NCBI GenBank assembly: GCA_964447495.1
Contig: CAYUTF010000045.1
Location: forward strand, 1-25,032
Source: an uncultured archaeon
Lineage (GTDB): Archaea; Asgardarchaeota; Lokiarchaeia; Sigyniarchaeales; SOKP01
DNA: 25,032 bases
Direction of reading: 5' to 3'
The position numbers and the translations under genes are program-made. Within the stretch, counting starts at the first letter, position 1, and every line of letters starts with the position of its first letter. A model generated the notes under the pieces. That model ran no database searches, was not told where the DNA came from, and saw nothing but the letters and a program-made list of their open reading frames with translations. Shown in pieces: positions 7,304-15,747 of this stretch.

Positions 7304-9382
7304 TTATGTATTTAAATTACTGAACTTTTTTATGATTGAGAAACAAAATGTAGTACCAACTCCTAAAACACTATAAAAAGTAATCTCCCCGCCATGTAAT
7401 TCAATTAATCTTTTAGTTAGCGATAAACCTAAACCTGTCCCGGGAACTGAGCGGACATAAGTTGAATCTACTCTTTTAAAATCTTTAAAGATGATTGGAA
7501 AATCTTTAGTATCAATTCCAATACCCATATCTGAAACCTCGAATTCCCATTTATCATTTAATTCTTTAATTTTAAGCGTTATGATGCCTTCAATAGTGAA
7601 TTTTACAGCATTACTCAACAAATTTAATAAAATTTCTTTAAACCTAATAGGGTCCGCTTCTAACATTTTTTCATTTTCTAATCCTACTACCCTAAATTGT
7701 AATTTTTTGTTCCCAATTAATGGTTTTAGGCTTGAGAAAATTTGTTCTATCATAGAATTTAAGGAAAAACTTTGAATTTTCATAGTAATTTGACCAGATT
7801 CAATTTTTGATATGTTTAAAATGTTTTTAATCATCTCAAACTGATCCTCTGCTGAAATTTTAATATCATTCACGAATTCTCTTTGTTCAGTATTTAAGGG
7901 GCCATAAACTTCCTCTAAAAGTAATTCTGTAAATCCTATTATAGCATTCAAAGGAGTCCTTAATTCATGAGACATAGTTGACATAAATTCTGTTTTGAAT
8001 TGGGAAGACTTTAAAATTTGATCTACATATTTTTTTTGCTGCTGAAAGGCAAAATTCAAATCTCCTGTCCGAGCTTCAACTTCCTTTTCTAAGTCTTCTT
8101 TAAACTTTTGTTCAAGCAGCTCTCTTTTCTTCTTTTCTGTAATGTTTTGAAAAAGAAGTTGAATATATATATTATTATCCTGTTTAATAACTGAAGCCTG
8201 TACTTCTAACCAAACGCAATCATTTAATTCAGTTTTTATCTTAATTTCGATAGGTTTAGGAAATTCCTTTTTAAAATAGGCTTGAAAGGTTTTTTTGTAA
8301 AAATTCTTCAATTCTATAGGAAATAAATCATCAAAATCTTCTAGTGATTTACCAATAAAGAAATCTTCTTTATATCCGAAAACTTTTTGAGTAGATTGAT
8401 TAGCATCAATTATAACACCTTTGAAATCAATAAATAATATTGCATTTGGAGAATTGTCGAAAAGATTCTTATATTTGACCTCAACCCATTTACGCAGTTC
8501 TATATTATTTAAAATAAGCATTAACGTTTTAGAGTGTGTTGTGGATGGCTCATAAATATTACATCCAAATTCCTTCCAATGGCCCTCATTATTTTTCATC
8601 CTGATTTCTAATTGAATGTGTTCCTTGGGGGATTTAGGATCAAATACTTTTTCTAATTTATCGAAATCGTCATGATGAACAAAACTTAGCAGTGAAAAAC
8701 CTATAACATCTTCAGGATTATAACCTAAGTACTCCAATAACGGTTTTTTGTTAACATTCTCAATATCATAATTTGATTTAATAGTAATAATAATATCATT
8801 TGAATTCTCTACTAAGGATTCGCTTTTTTTTTCAACAATTTCTAATTCTCTCGTCATCTTAGAATTTTCTAAGATTTCAGACACGATAAGACATAATAAT
8901 TTAATTTTTAACAGAATTTTGTTTGAAAAGAAACTATCCTTAGTATCAGATATAAGTCCTATAAAACCCAATAAATTTTCATTGGAATTAATAGGAATAG
9001 CTATAAAATATTTAATATTCTTTAATTTTAATAAATCTATAATAGAGTCTGCATATTCCGATTGTTTCTTATCTAAATTTATGTAAACTACAGATTTATT
9101 TCTTAATTTTTCATGTAACCAGGGAAACAACTTTAAGCTTAATACATCGGGGAATTCATTATTTTCTACTAAATTTTTTAAGTTGGAATATCGAACAATT
9201 TTAGTTGAATTGAATAAATCATCAATAATCGACAAAAAACAATAATCCATTCCGCTAACTTTACATATCAGTTTAATAATACGAGCTAATTTCTTGTCTG
9301 CATTAGATTCGGAAGCAATATTATCAAATATTTCAATAAATGAATGGGAATCGAAATCTAGATCAAAATCTTCTTCAATCAT
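7304..9382 (-). CDS. Soluble sensor histidine kinase (GAF-PAS-PAS-HisKA-HATPase)
   Basis: H-box MSHELRTPLNAIIGF (H472), N-box NLLSNAVKFT, G1 DMGIGI, F-box IFKDF and G2 GTGLGL. PAS signatures GYNPEDVIG..FVHHDD and LFDNSPNAILFID. GAF IAIPI...LLGFIGL. No transmembrane segment seen. Confidence 0.95.
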   Translation of the reverse strand: MIEEDFDLDFDSHSFIEIFDNIASESNADKKLARIIKLICKVSGMDYCFLSIIDDLFNSTKIVRYSNLKNLVENNEFPDVLSLKLFPWLHEKLRNKSVVYINLDKKQSEYADSIIDLLKLKNIKYFIAIPINSNENLLGFIGLISDTKDSFFSNKILLKIKLLCLIVSEILENSKMTRELEIVEKKSESLVENSNDIIITIKSNYDIENVNKKPLLEYLGYNPEDVIGFSLLSFVHHDDFDKLEKVFDPKSPKEHIQLEIRMKNNEGHWKEFGCNIYEPSTTHSKTLMLILNNIELRKWVEVKYKNLFDNSPNAILFIDFKGVIIDANQSTQKVFGYKEDFFIGKSLEDFDDLFPIELKNFYKKTFQAYFKKEFPKPIEIKIKTELNDCVWLEVQASVIKQDNNIYIQLLFQNITEKKKRELLEQKFKEDLEKEVEARTGDLNFAFQQQKKYVDQILKSSQFKTEFMSTMSHELRTPLNAIIGFTELLLEEVYGPLNTEQREFVNDIKISAEDQFEMIKNILNISKIESGQITMKIQSFSLNSMIEQIFSSLKPLIGNKKLQFRVVGLENEKMLEADPIRFKEILLNLLSNAVKFTIEGIITLKIKELNDKWEFEVSDMGIGIDTKDFPIIFKDFKRVDSTYVRSVPGTGLGLSLTKRLIELHGGEITFYSVLGVGTTFCFSIIKKFSNLNT

Positions 9383-9439
9383 TATTTTATTTATACTCTT
9401 TTTTTATAATTTCTCTTATTTTGTAATTTTAATCAATTA

Positions 9440-12361
9440 TTAAAGCACGTTTAGGAAATCAAAAACAGTCTCAGATTTCGTTCTGTTTTTATAAACTTTA
9501 GGTATGGTAAATGTAAAAGTGGACCCTTTACCTAAAGTACTTTTGAAAGAAATATCTCCCCCGTGTAAGTTGACTATTCTCTTTGTTAAAGCTAATCCTA
9601 AACCAGATCCCACTACCGATTCAACATATGGTGATTTAACTCTCTTAAAATCTTTAAAGATTAGATCGTAATCTTTTTCTGCTATACCTATTCCTGTGTC
9701 AATAACATTAAATATCCAATAATTAGACTCATCCTTGAATTCAAGGATAATTTCTCCTTCTAATGTAAATTTTATAGCATTTCCAATTAGATTATATAAA
9801 ATTTGTTTCAATTTAATGCGATCCGCACTGATTACTGTCTTTTTATTAATATATTTATATTCAATTTTTAGATTCTTCTTTTGGGTTAATGGTTTAAAGT
9901 TAGAAACAATTTGTTCAATTAAATAAAAAAGGTTAAATTTTTCAATCTTTATTGATAATTCTCCAGATTCAATCTTAGATATATCTAGAATCCTTGTGAT
10001 CATATCTAATAGATGCACAGAGGAATCTTTAATGTCTGTTATGAAGTCTAGCTGATCTTTATTTACATCTCCATAAGATTCTTCTAGTAGTAAATCTGTA
10101 AATCCAATTATCGCATTTAAAGGTGTTCTTAATTCATGAGACATTGAAGCCAAAAACTCTGTTTTAAATTGAGATGTTTTAGCAATATGATCTAAATAGA
10201 ACTTTTGTTTTTTTAGAGCATCTTTGAGTTCATCAGTTCTTAAAATGACTTCTTTTTCTAATGATTCTTTAAATTTTTCCTGTAACCTTAGAGCCTTTTT
10301 TCTTTCTGAAATATCCCTTACAATAGCTTGAAGGTAATATTGCTTTCCATGCTTTTGGCGGTTCAAGGAAATTTCCGCATCAAAAGCAGTTCCGTCTTTT
10401 CTGAGATGTTTCCATGTAAAATTTAATGCTTCACCGTCTAAGGCACGATTTATATAATTTAAAGCCATTTCTTTTGATGTTTTGCCATTTAATTGATATA
10501 GAGGAGAGAATTCCCATGGAGAGACACCGATGAAATCTTTTTTACTATTATAACCATATATTTTGACAGCCATTTTGTTAGCATTAATTATTCTTTGATT
10601 TTCTAATAAAAAAATAGCATCCATAGCGCCATCAAAGATACTACGATATTTTTTCTCAGAATCAATTAATTCAAGTTCAGATCTTTTTTTTTGTGAAATA
10701 TCTTGTAATATAACTTGAATAAGGATTTTCTTATTGACTGAAATTAAAGTAGTATGCAGTCTCACCCAGTTTAATCTGAAATTATCACTAAGAACTGGAA
10801 TATCAATTGGATTTACAATTTCCTTATTCAATACTTCTTTTAATTTTTCTTGAAATATGGGTAGATTTTCTTTTCTAATCAGGTTTAAATCGATGATCTT
10901 TTTACCTAAAATGTGTGGCTTCTTGTATGGGATATAGTCTAAAACCATTTCATTAACATCAACAATAGTACCATTAAAATCTAAAAGAATTATCATAAAT
11001 GGGGCAGTTTTAAAAAGATTTTTATATCTCAGTTCTGATTCTTTTAATTTTTCTTCAGTAAATTTTCGTTCTAGTGCATTAGCTATAATCTGAGATGTAA
11101 ATTGGAGTAGAGATTTGTCATTATAAGTCCAAATTTTTTTTTTTATTTCATAATCAAACCCAATAAATCCAATTAACTCTTGATTACTTAAAATAGGACA
11201 TGCAATTGTACTTTTTATTCCATTTTTGATCAAATCACTTTTAAGGTTATTAGCTTCGATTGGTAATTCTATGAGATCATTTACTTCAATAAATTCACCG
11301 TTTTTAAGTTGGAGCATAACCCATGGATATTGATTTAATGGTTTTTTATTGTAGTAATTAATATGAGATTGAATTCCATCTCTACACCATTCATACGCAT
11401 TATTTAAATTCATTAGATCTTTATCAACAAGAAATATATATGCTCTATCGACATTGCATTCTATACCAATATCTCTTAATGTAAAATAAATAACCTGATC
11501 AATATTTATGTTTCCAACAAAGCGGGAAGAAAGAGAAGTAACAAGTTTTTCATAACTAATTGTGTCGTTAATGATTTTCTCTTTAATTTTTTTATCAGTT
11601 ATGTCTCGAATTATAGCGACAGCATTCCACTTTCCCTTAATAAACACAGATGATATACTTAATTCAATAGGAATTTTATTTCCATTCTTTTTAATTGCCT
11701 CAAACTCTATACATTTCCCAATTAAATTTCCCTTCCCTGAACTTTTAAATAATTCAAAACCTTTCTTAAACGCGGGAATATAATGTTTTGGAGCAAGAAC
11801 TTCGTGTGCATCTTTTCCAATAATCTCATCTTTTCGATATCCAAAAATTTTTTGAGCAGCATCATTCCAATATATAATTCTTCCATTAATATCAATTTGA
11901 ACAATCCCATCTTGTGTGGAAGAACTTATCAATTGGAATTTTAGCTCCTCTTCATCAGTCATCTCAGATTTTCTCTGAGTAATTTCATTAATGCTTCCGA
12001 TAAATCCTATCCGATCGTATTGTTTTTTTCTAACAATGAAACCACAGTCCTGAATAAGCTGATATAATCCATTTTTTTTTTTAATTCTATATTCTAACTT
12101 ATAATTTTCATAATTTTTACTAGCTTTTATTAAATTCATATTCACAAGTTCTTGATCATCAGGGTGGATTAGATTTAGCCAATTTTCTAGACATACATGA
12201 CTAAAATTATCTTGGTTATATCCAAGAATAAAATCTATAGGACCATAAAGAGTAAAAATGCTGTTTGTAAAATCAATCTCATATATTAGTTGACTGTTGT
12301 TTTCTTGAAAATCAATAATATTGTCACAACTATTCGGAACATTTTTTGATTGATTCCACAT
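9440..12361 (-). CDS. Soluble sensor histidine kinase (PAS-PAS-GAF-PAS-PAS-HisKA-HATPase)
   Basis: H-box MSHELRTPLNAIIGF (H742), NLIGNAIKFT, DTGIGI and GSGLGL. PAS motifs WLNLIHPDD, WNDAAQKIFGY, LFKTAP and IFDGAMDAI. GAF VDRAYIF..YEWC...PWV...IGFIGFD. The start is GTG and uncertain. Confidence 0.95.
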   Translation of the reverse strand: MWNQSKNVPNSCDNIIDFQENNSQLIYEIDFTNSIFTLYGPIDFILGYNQDNFSHVCLENWLNLIHPDDQELVNMNLIKASKNYENYKLEYRIKKKNGLYQLIQDCGFIVRKKQYDRIGFIGSINEITQRKSEMTDEEELKFQLISSSTQDGIVQIDINGRIIYWNDAAQKIFGYRKDEIIGKDAHEVLAPKHYIPAFKKGFELFKSSGKGNLIGKCIEFEAIKKNGNKIPIELSISSVFIKGKWNAVAIIRDITDKKIKEKIINDTISYEKLVTSLSSRFVGNINIDQVIYFTLRDIGIECNVDRAYIFLVDKDLMNLNNAYEWCRDGIQSHINYYNKKPLNQYPWVMLQLKNGEFIEVNDLIELPIEANNLKSDLIKNGIKSTIACPILSNQELIGFIGFDYEIKKKIWTYNDKSLLQFTSQIIANALERKFTEEKLKESELRYKNLFKTAPFMIILLDFNGTIVDVNEMVLDYIPYKKPHILGKKIIDLNLIRKENLPIFQEKLKEVLNKEIVNPIDIPVLSDNFRLNWVRLHTTLISVNKKILIQVILQDISQKKRSELELIDSEKKYRSIFDGAMDAIFLLENQRIINANKMAVKIYGYNSKKDFIGVSPWEFSPLYQLNGKTSKEMALNYINRALDGEALNFTWKHLRKDGTAFDAEISLNRQKHGKQYYLQAIVRDISERKKALRLQEKFKESLEKEVILRTDELKDALKKQKFYLDHIAKTSQFKTEFLASMSHELRTPLNAIIGFTDLLLEESYGDVNKDQLDFITDIKDSSVHLLDMITRILDISKIESGELSIKIEKFNLFYLIEQIVSNFKPLTQKKNLKIEYKYINKKTVISADRIKLKQILYNLIGNAIKFTLEGEIILEFKDESNYWIFNVIDTGIGIAEKDYDLIFKDFKRVKSPYVESVVGSGLGLALTKRIVNLHGGDISFKSTLGKGSTFTFTIPKVYKNRTKSETVFDFLNVL

Positions 12362-12409
12362 TTTAGTACATCATACATTTTAAATAATCGAAACATTAAA
12401 TTATTTAAT

Positions 12410-13291
12410 TTAAGAATTGTTATCATCTAAGATTAAGAATATGGAGAAAATTTCATAAACCAAACATCCATCTTCTGCCTTTTGTTTATTTTTATGGTTT
12501 TCTAAACCAACTTTGTAATAATATCCATTATCTGATAATATATACTTCCTTGTCTTATTTTCAATAGCAATAATTCCTTTAGTTTTTAATTGATTTATAT
12601 AAAAATTAACTTGCTCATGGCTTAATTTAAGTTTAGAGACTAACTCTTCTATTTGAATTTCTCTATCTTCAGTTATATTCATTAATAAAGAAAACTGGTT
12701 TTTAAGATGAAAAAAATTATCACTATCGGGTAAAATATTCTCATAAGGAAGAATCATTTTTAATAATTTAGATAAAACTCGAAAAGTGGTGTAATAATAA
12801 CTCTCGGTAATCGAAGTTTTGTAAATCTCAAAATGAGCTCCTCGAGGGTGTTGTTTTGTAACAAAATCATGAATAGCTTTAATTTTTTGGTCCATATACG
12901 AAGGGCTTACTAAGTCTGCTTTATGTAAAAATGCTACTATATGGCATGAGTTTAATTTATTTTCTTTTTGAATATGATAGATATTAAGAATAAATTGAAT
13001 TATAGATTCAACCGAATTATGAATGTCAAAGATACAAATAATCATATTTGAATCATTGAAAACGGAATCTTTTGTCTCTGATAACCATAAATCATTTTCT
13101 TGTCCAGCTAGGTCAAATATACCGAGTTTATTATTGAATAATGAATATACTGATGTAGTTATTCCTCTTGAGGGATTTATGGGATTTACTAAGAGTGATA
13201 TTGGGCTATATCTCTCAAAGAAAGTTTTCTTAATTGAGGTTTTTCCAGTCCCTGATGGTCCAACAAATACTATTTTCTTATCGTTTATCAT
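12410..13291 (-). CDS. Rag/Gtr-like small GTPase fused to C-terminal winged helix (paralog of 3003..3878)
   Basis: Motifs GPSGTGKT, NPSRG (Ser at the G2 Thr position), DLAGQE, HKAD and TSI. wHTH IQIEELVSKLKLSHEQVNFYINQLKTKGII...YILSDNG. Confidence 0.85.
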   Translation of the reverse strand: MINDKKIVFVGPSGTGKTSIKKTFFERYSPISLLVNPINPSRGITTSVYSLFNNKLGIFDLAGQENDLWLSETKDSVFNDSNMIICIFDIHNSVESIIQFILNIYHIQKENKLNSCHIVAFLHKADLVSPSYMDQKIKAIHDFVTKQHPRGAHFEIYKTSITESYYYTTFRVLSKLLKMILPYENILPDSDNFFHLKNQFSLLMNITEDREIQIEELVSKLKLSHEQVNFYINQLKTKGIIAIENKTRKYILSDNGYYYKVGLENHKNKQKAEDGCLVYEIFSIFLILDDNNS

Positions 13292-13306
13292 TTTTTAAAA
13301 TTTTTT

Positions 13307-14005
13307 TTATTTAATTGCTGATGATAAAGGTGTTTCAAGAGCTTCAATAATATCCTTACATGAATCAAGCATCATTTCAATATAGCTAGAAATCTCATTT
13401 TTTGAAATATTACCCTTTAATCCAATCTGTTCTTGTATTATTTCACAAAAACCTTGGATAGTATTGACTCCACTTCTTATTTGTAAATTTATGGATTCCA
13501 GTGGCAGCACTTCCCCTTTCTTCATATATATTTCGCTTACTTCTTTGAAAAAGCTCTCAAAAGCAGATTCATCATCAGATAAAATTAAATTTGTATCAAT
13601 TTTATGAAAAATCATACCTATTCTTTTGAGATGCAAAATAGGAATGAGAGGATATTCAACATCTCGCAAAATTATAATAGCATATAACTGTTTTCCCCCT
13701 CTTGCACTTGAATCTTTAACTTCAATTTTATATACTTGTGAATAAAATTGATTGAAGTCTAAAATAACAAATTTATTTTTAGTGTTTAACGCATCTCGCA
13801 ATAAATTCCTAATAAAAATTACGTCTTTTAAAACTACGGAGGAATATAATGAACGCGGTCCTAAAATATGATCATACTTTCCTATTATTATAATAAAGGG
13901 AAATTTATCTAGATCTTCCTTGAATTGAAAATAGGGTTCTTTTGAGTTATCATATAACTTTTCTTGACCTATATCTTTTCTTATTATATCATCCATAATT
14001 ATCAT
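13307..14005 (-). CDS. Folliculin-like longin domain (putative Arg-finger GAP) fused to a His-less HisKA/DHp-like domain
   Basis: IIIIGKYDHILGPRSLY and YKIEVKDSSARGGKQLYAIIIL resemble FLCN longin motifs recalled from memory (FCELHGPRTLF and FFIKDSLARGFQRWYSII). C-terminal SINLQIRSGVNTIQGFCEII aligns without gaps to the neighbouring kinases' TMSHELRTPLNAIIGFTELL, with H replaced by L174. Confidence 0.7.
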   Translation of the reverse strand: MIIMDDIIRKDIGQEKLYDNSKEPYFQFKEDLDKFPFIIIIGKYDHILGPRSLYSSVVLKDVIFIRNLLRDALNTKNKFVILDFNQFYSQVYKIEVKDSSARGGKQLYAIIILRDVEYPLIPILHLKRIGMIFHKIDTNLILSDDESAFESFFKEVSEIYMKKGEVLPLESINLQIRSGVNTIQGFCEIIQEQIGLKGNISKNEISSYIEMMLDSCKDIIEALETPLSSAIK

Positions 14006-14187
14006 TTAATTTTGTGTAACTTAACTGACATTTTGGTATAAAAAAATGCAAACAGTGACTTTTGTTATAAAAACCCTTTATCCTTTTATAAGAATTATAA
14101 TAATTTACATATTTAAGATTATGTTTTATAGTGTTTTGCGTTCTCTGTGTACAAAAAAAAAAAAGATTGTGTTCACTTTTCTAAAAA

Positions 14188-14197
14188 TTTATATAAA
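14188..14197 (+). promoter_or_regulatory. Candidate TATA box for a leaderless transcript of the 14217 ORF
   Basis: TTTATATAAA is preceded by an A-rich BRE-like stretch and centred about 25 nt upstream of the ATG at 14217. No SD seen. The AT-rich background limits certainty. Confidence 0.4.
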
Positions 14198-14216
14198 TTA
14201 AGTATATTAATTTACT

Positions 14217-15698
14217 ATGTCAGAATCTTCAAAGATTATAATCAAATACTTTTGTGATCGGTTTTTAGACATTGATTACTATCCAACCTCATTAAAAACT
14301 GTCCTTGACTTGGAATTAAGTTTTTTAAAAGGAATAACTGATGATCAGTTAAAAAAGTTCTTAAAATTGGATATTACGACTCTAAGGGATTTATCAGGAG
14401 TTAATGGAGAAGATTATGAAAAACAAGCAAAAAAGGTTAATTTAGATTTATCGACTTTTAAAAACGCAATTATCGCTGCTTACTTAGTTGCTAATTCTTG
14501 GAATAAAAGAAAATTATATATGAAAAAGCCCAAAATGAAAGTGGTTATAGCAGGTTTAGATTATGCAGGAAAGACTTCCCTTATGAATCGTCTTATCAAT
14601 GATTATAATTATAATGATATGATAAATTTAGAACCAACAATTGGTGCTAATGTTGAGGAATATCAATCAGAAAGGTTAGATTTAGTTTTATGGGACTTAG
14701 GCGGCCAAAAGGACCATATTAATGAATATCTAGCATCACCAGAAAGATTTTTTGTTCATGTAGATGTAATGATCTTTGTATTTGATTCTCAAGATGATAT
14801 TCGATATGATGAAGCTCTAAAATATTTAAGAGATCTAATTGATATCTTTGGGTTTTTAAATGAATTACCATATATAGAAATATTACTTAATAAAGCGGAT
14901 TCTGATGTAGTTAAAGATCCTGATTTTCAAATAAAATTAGAATATTTAACAGATAAAATTTCTAAAGTTTTTATGGAAAGCGAAAAATCATGGAATTTTG
15001 AAATGATTCCCACTAGTATTTATAATTATTACTCAACAGAGCCTGAAATCGCAAAAAGTATTAAAAGTATTTTTTCTAAAGAAAAAGATGTGCTTGATAC
15101 TGGTACACTATTGCCAGATATTAATGAAAAACTGCAAAAGATCTTAGATATTAACTTAAAATTAATGGATAAAGTTGTTGTAGAACTTAGTGAGGTTAAA
15201 AGGGTTTTACATCAAATTACGCCATCAGATGTATCTCAAACACTTTTTTCAATACCCTTTGAAAAAGTACCTATTGATTTTATATCTACCAATGATATAA
15301 AAGAAGAACAAAGTAAACTGAAGAAGAAAAAGAAAAAAGATTCCGCAATAGATATGAAAAAAGTAAAACAAAAGAAAAGTTACGGTCCACCTAAAAGATT
15401 GAAGGAATTACCTAAACCTACTGAAGAAGTGGTTAAATTAAAAGAATCTGAAAAAATTACAATTGATAAGATTAAAGAAGCTAAAGCACAACTTACTTCA
15501 GAGATTACTGATAATATTGAATCAAAAAGACCACCTATGGCTCCTAAAGTAAATCAAATAACATTAAATATGCTTAAACCTCCATTACCCCCTCCAAAAC
15601 TCACATCAAATTCTGAGGTAGGACAAGAAAATGTAAGAACTCAGGTTATCTCTGAATTAAAAGAGATGTTTGTGAAAAGAGGTTTAGTTTCCAGATGA
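14217..15698 (+). CDS. Arf-like small GTPase with N-terminal helical (HhH-like) domain and Lys/Pro-rich C-terminal tail
   Basis: Arf-type motifs VVIAGLDYAGKTS, EPTIGANVE, LWDLGGQ, FVFDS.D..RYDEA, ILLNKAD and TSI. N-terminal LSFLKGIT....KKFLKLDITTLRDL is helix-hairpin-helix-like. The tail contains KKKKKK, PPLPPP and a terminal amphipathic helix. Confidence 0.85.
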   Translation: MSESSKIIIKYFCDRFLDIDYYPTSLKTVLDLELSFLKGITDDQLKKFLKLDITTLRDLSGVNGEDYEKQAKKVNLDLSTFKNAIIAAYLVANSWNKRKLYMKKPKMKVVIAGLDYAGKTSLMNRLINDYNYNDMINLEPTIGANVEEYQSERLDLVLWDLGGQKDHINEYLASPERFFVHVDVMIFVFDSQDDIRYDEALKYLRDLIDIFGFLNELPYIEILLNKADSDVVKDPDFQIKLEYLTDKISKVFMESEKSWNFEMIPTSIYNYYSTEPEIAKSIKSIFSKEKDVLDTGTLLPDINEKLQKILDINLKLMDKVVVELSEVKRVLHQITPSDVSQTLFSIPFEKVPIDFISTNDIKEEQSKLKKKKKKDSAIDMKKVKQKKSYGPPKRLKELPKPTEEVVKLKESEKITIDKIKEAKAQLTSEITDNIESKRPPMAPKVNQITLNMLKPPLPPPKLTSNSEVGQENVRTQVISELKEMFVKRGLVSR

Positions 15699-15747
15699 TC
15701 TCCAATGTAATAATGTAAGACAAAAAATATGATTAATATAAATGAGA

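Noticed and set aside
11590-11950. Second PAS domain of the large kinase resembles the FixL heme-PAS
   Set aside because: The position matching the FixL proximal His (seven residues after the conserved Pro) is Phe here (PKHYIPAF), so heme/O2 sensing is not supported.
13590-13620. IFHKID in the FLCN-like protein looks like the G4 motif (HKxD) of the neighbouring GTPases
   Set aside because: No G1 or G3 motifs are present and the segment falls in a predicted longin helix, so it is probably coincidence.
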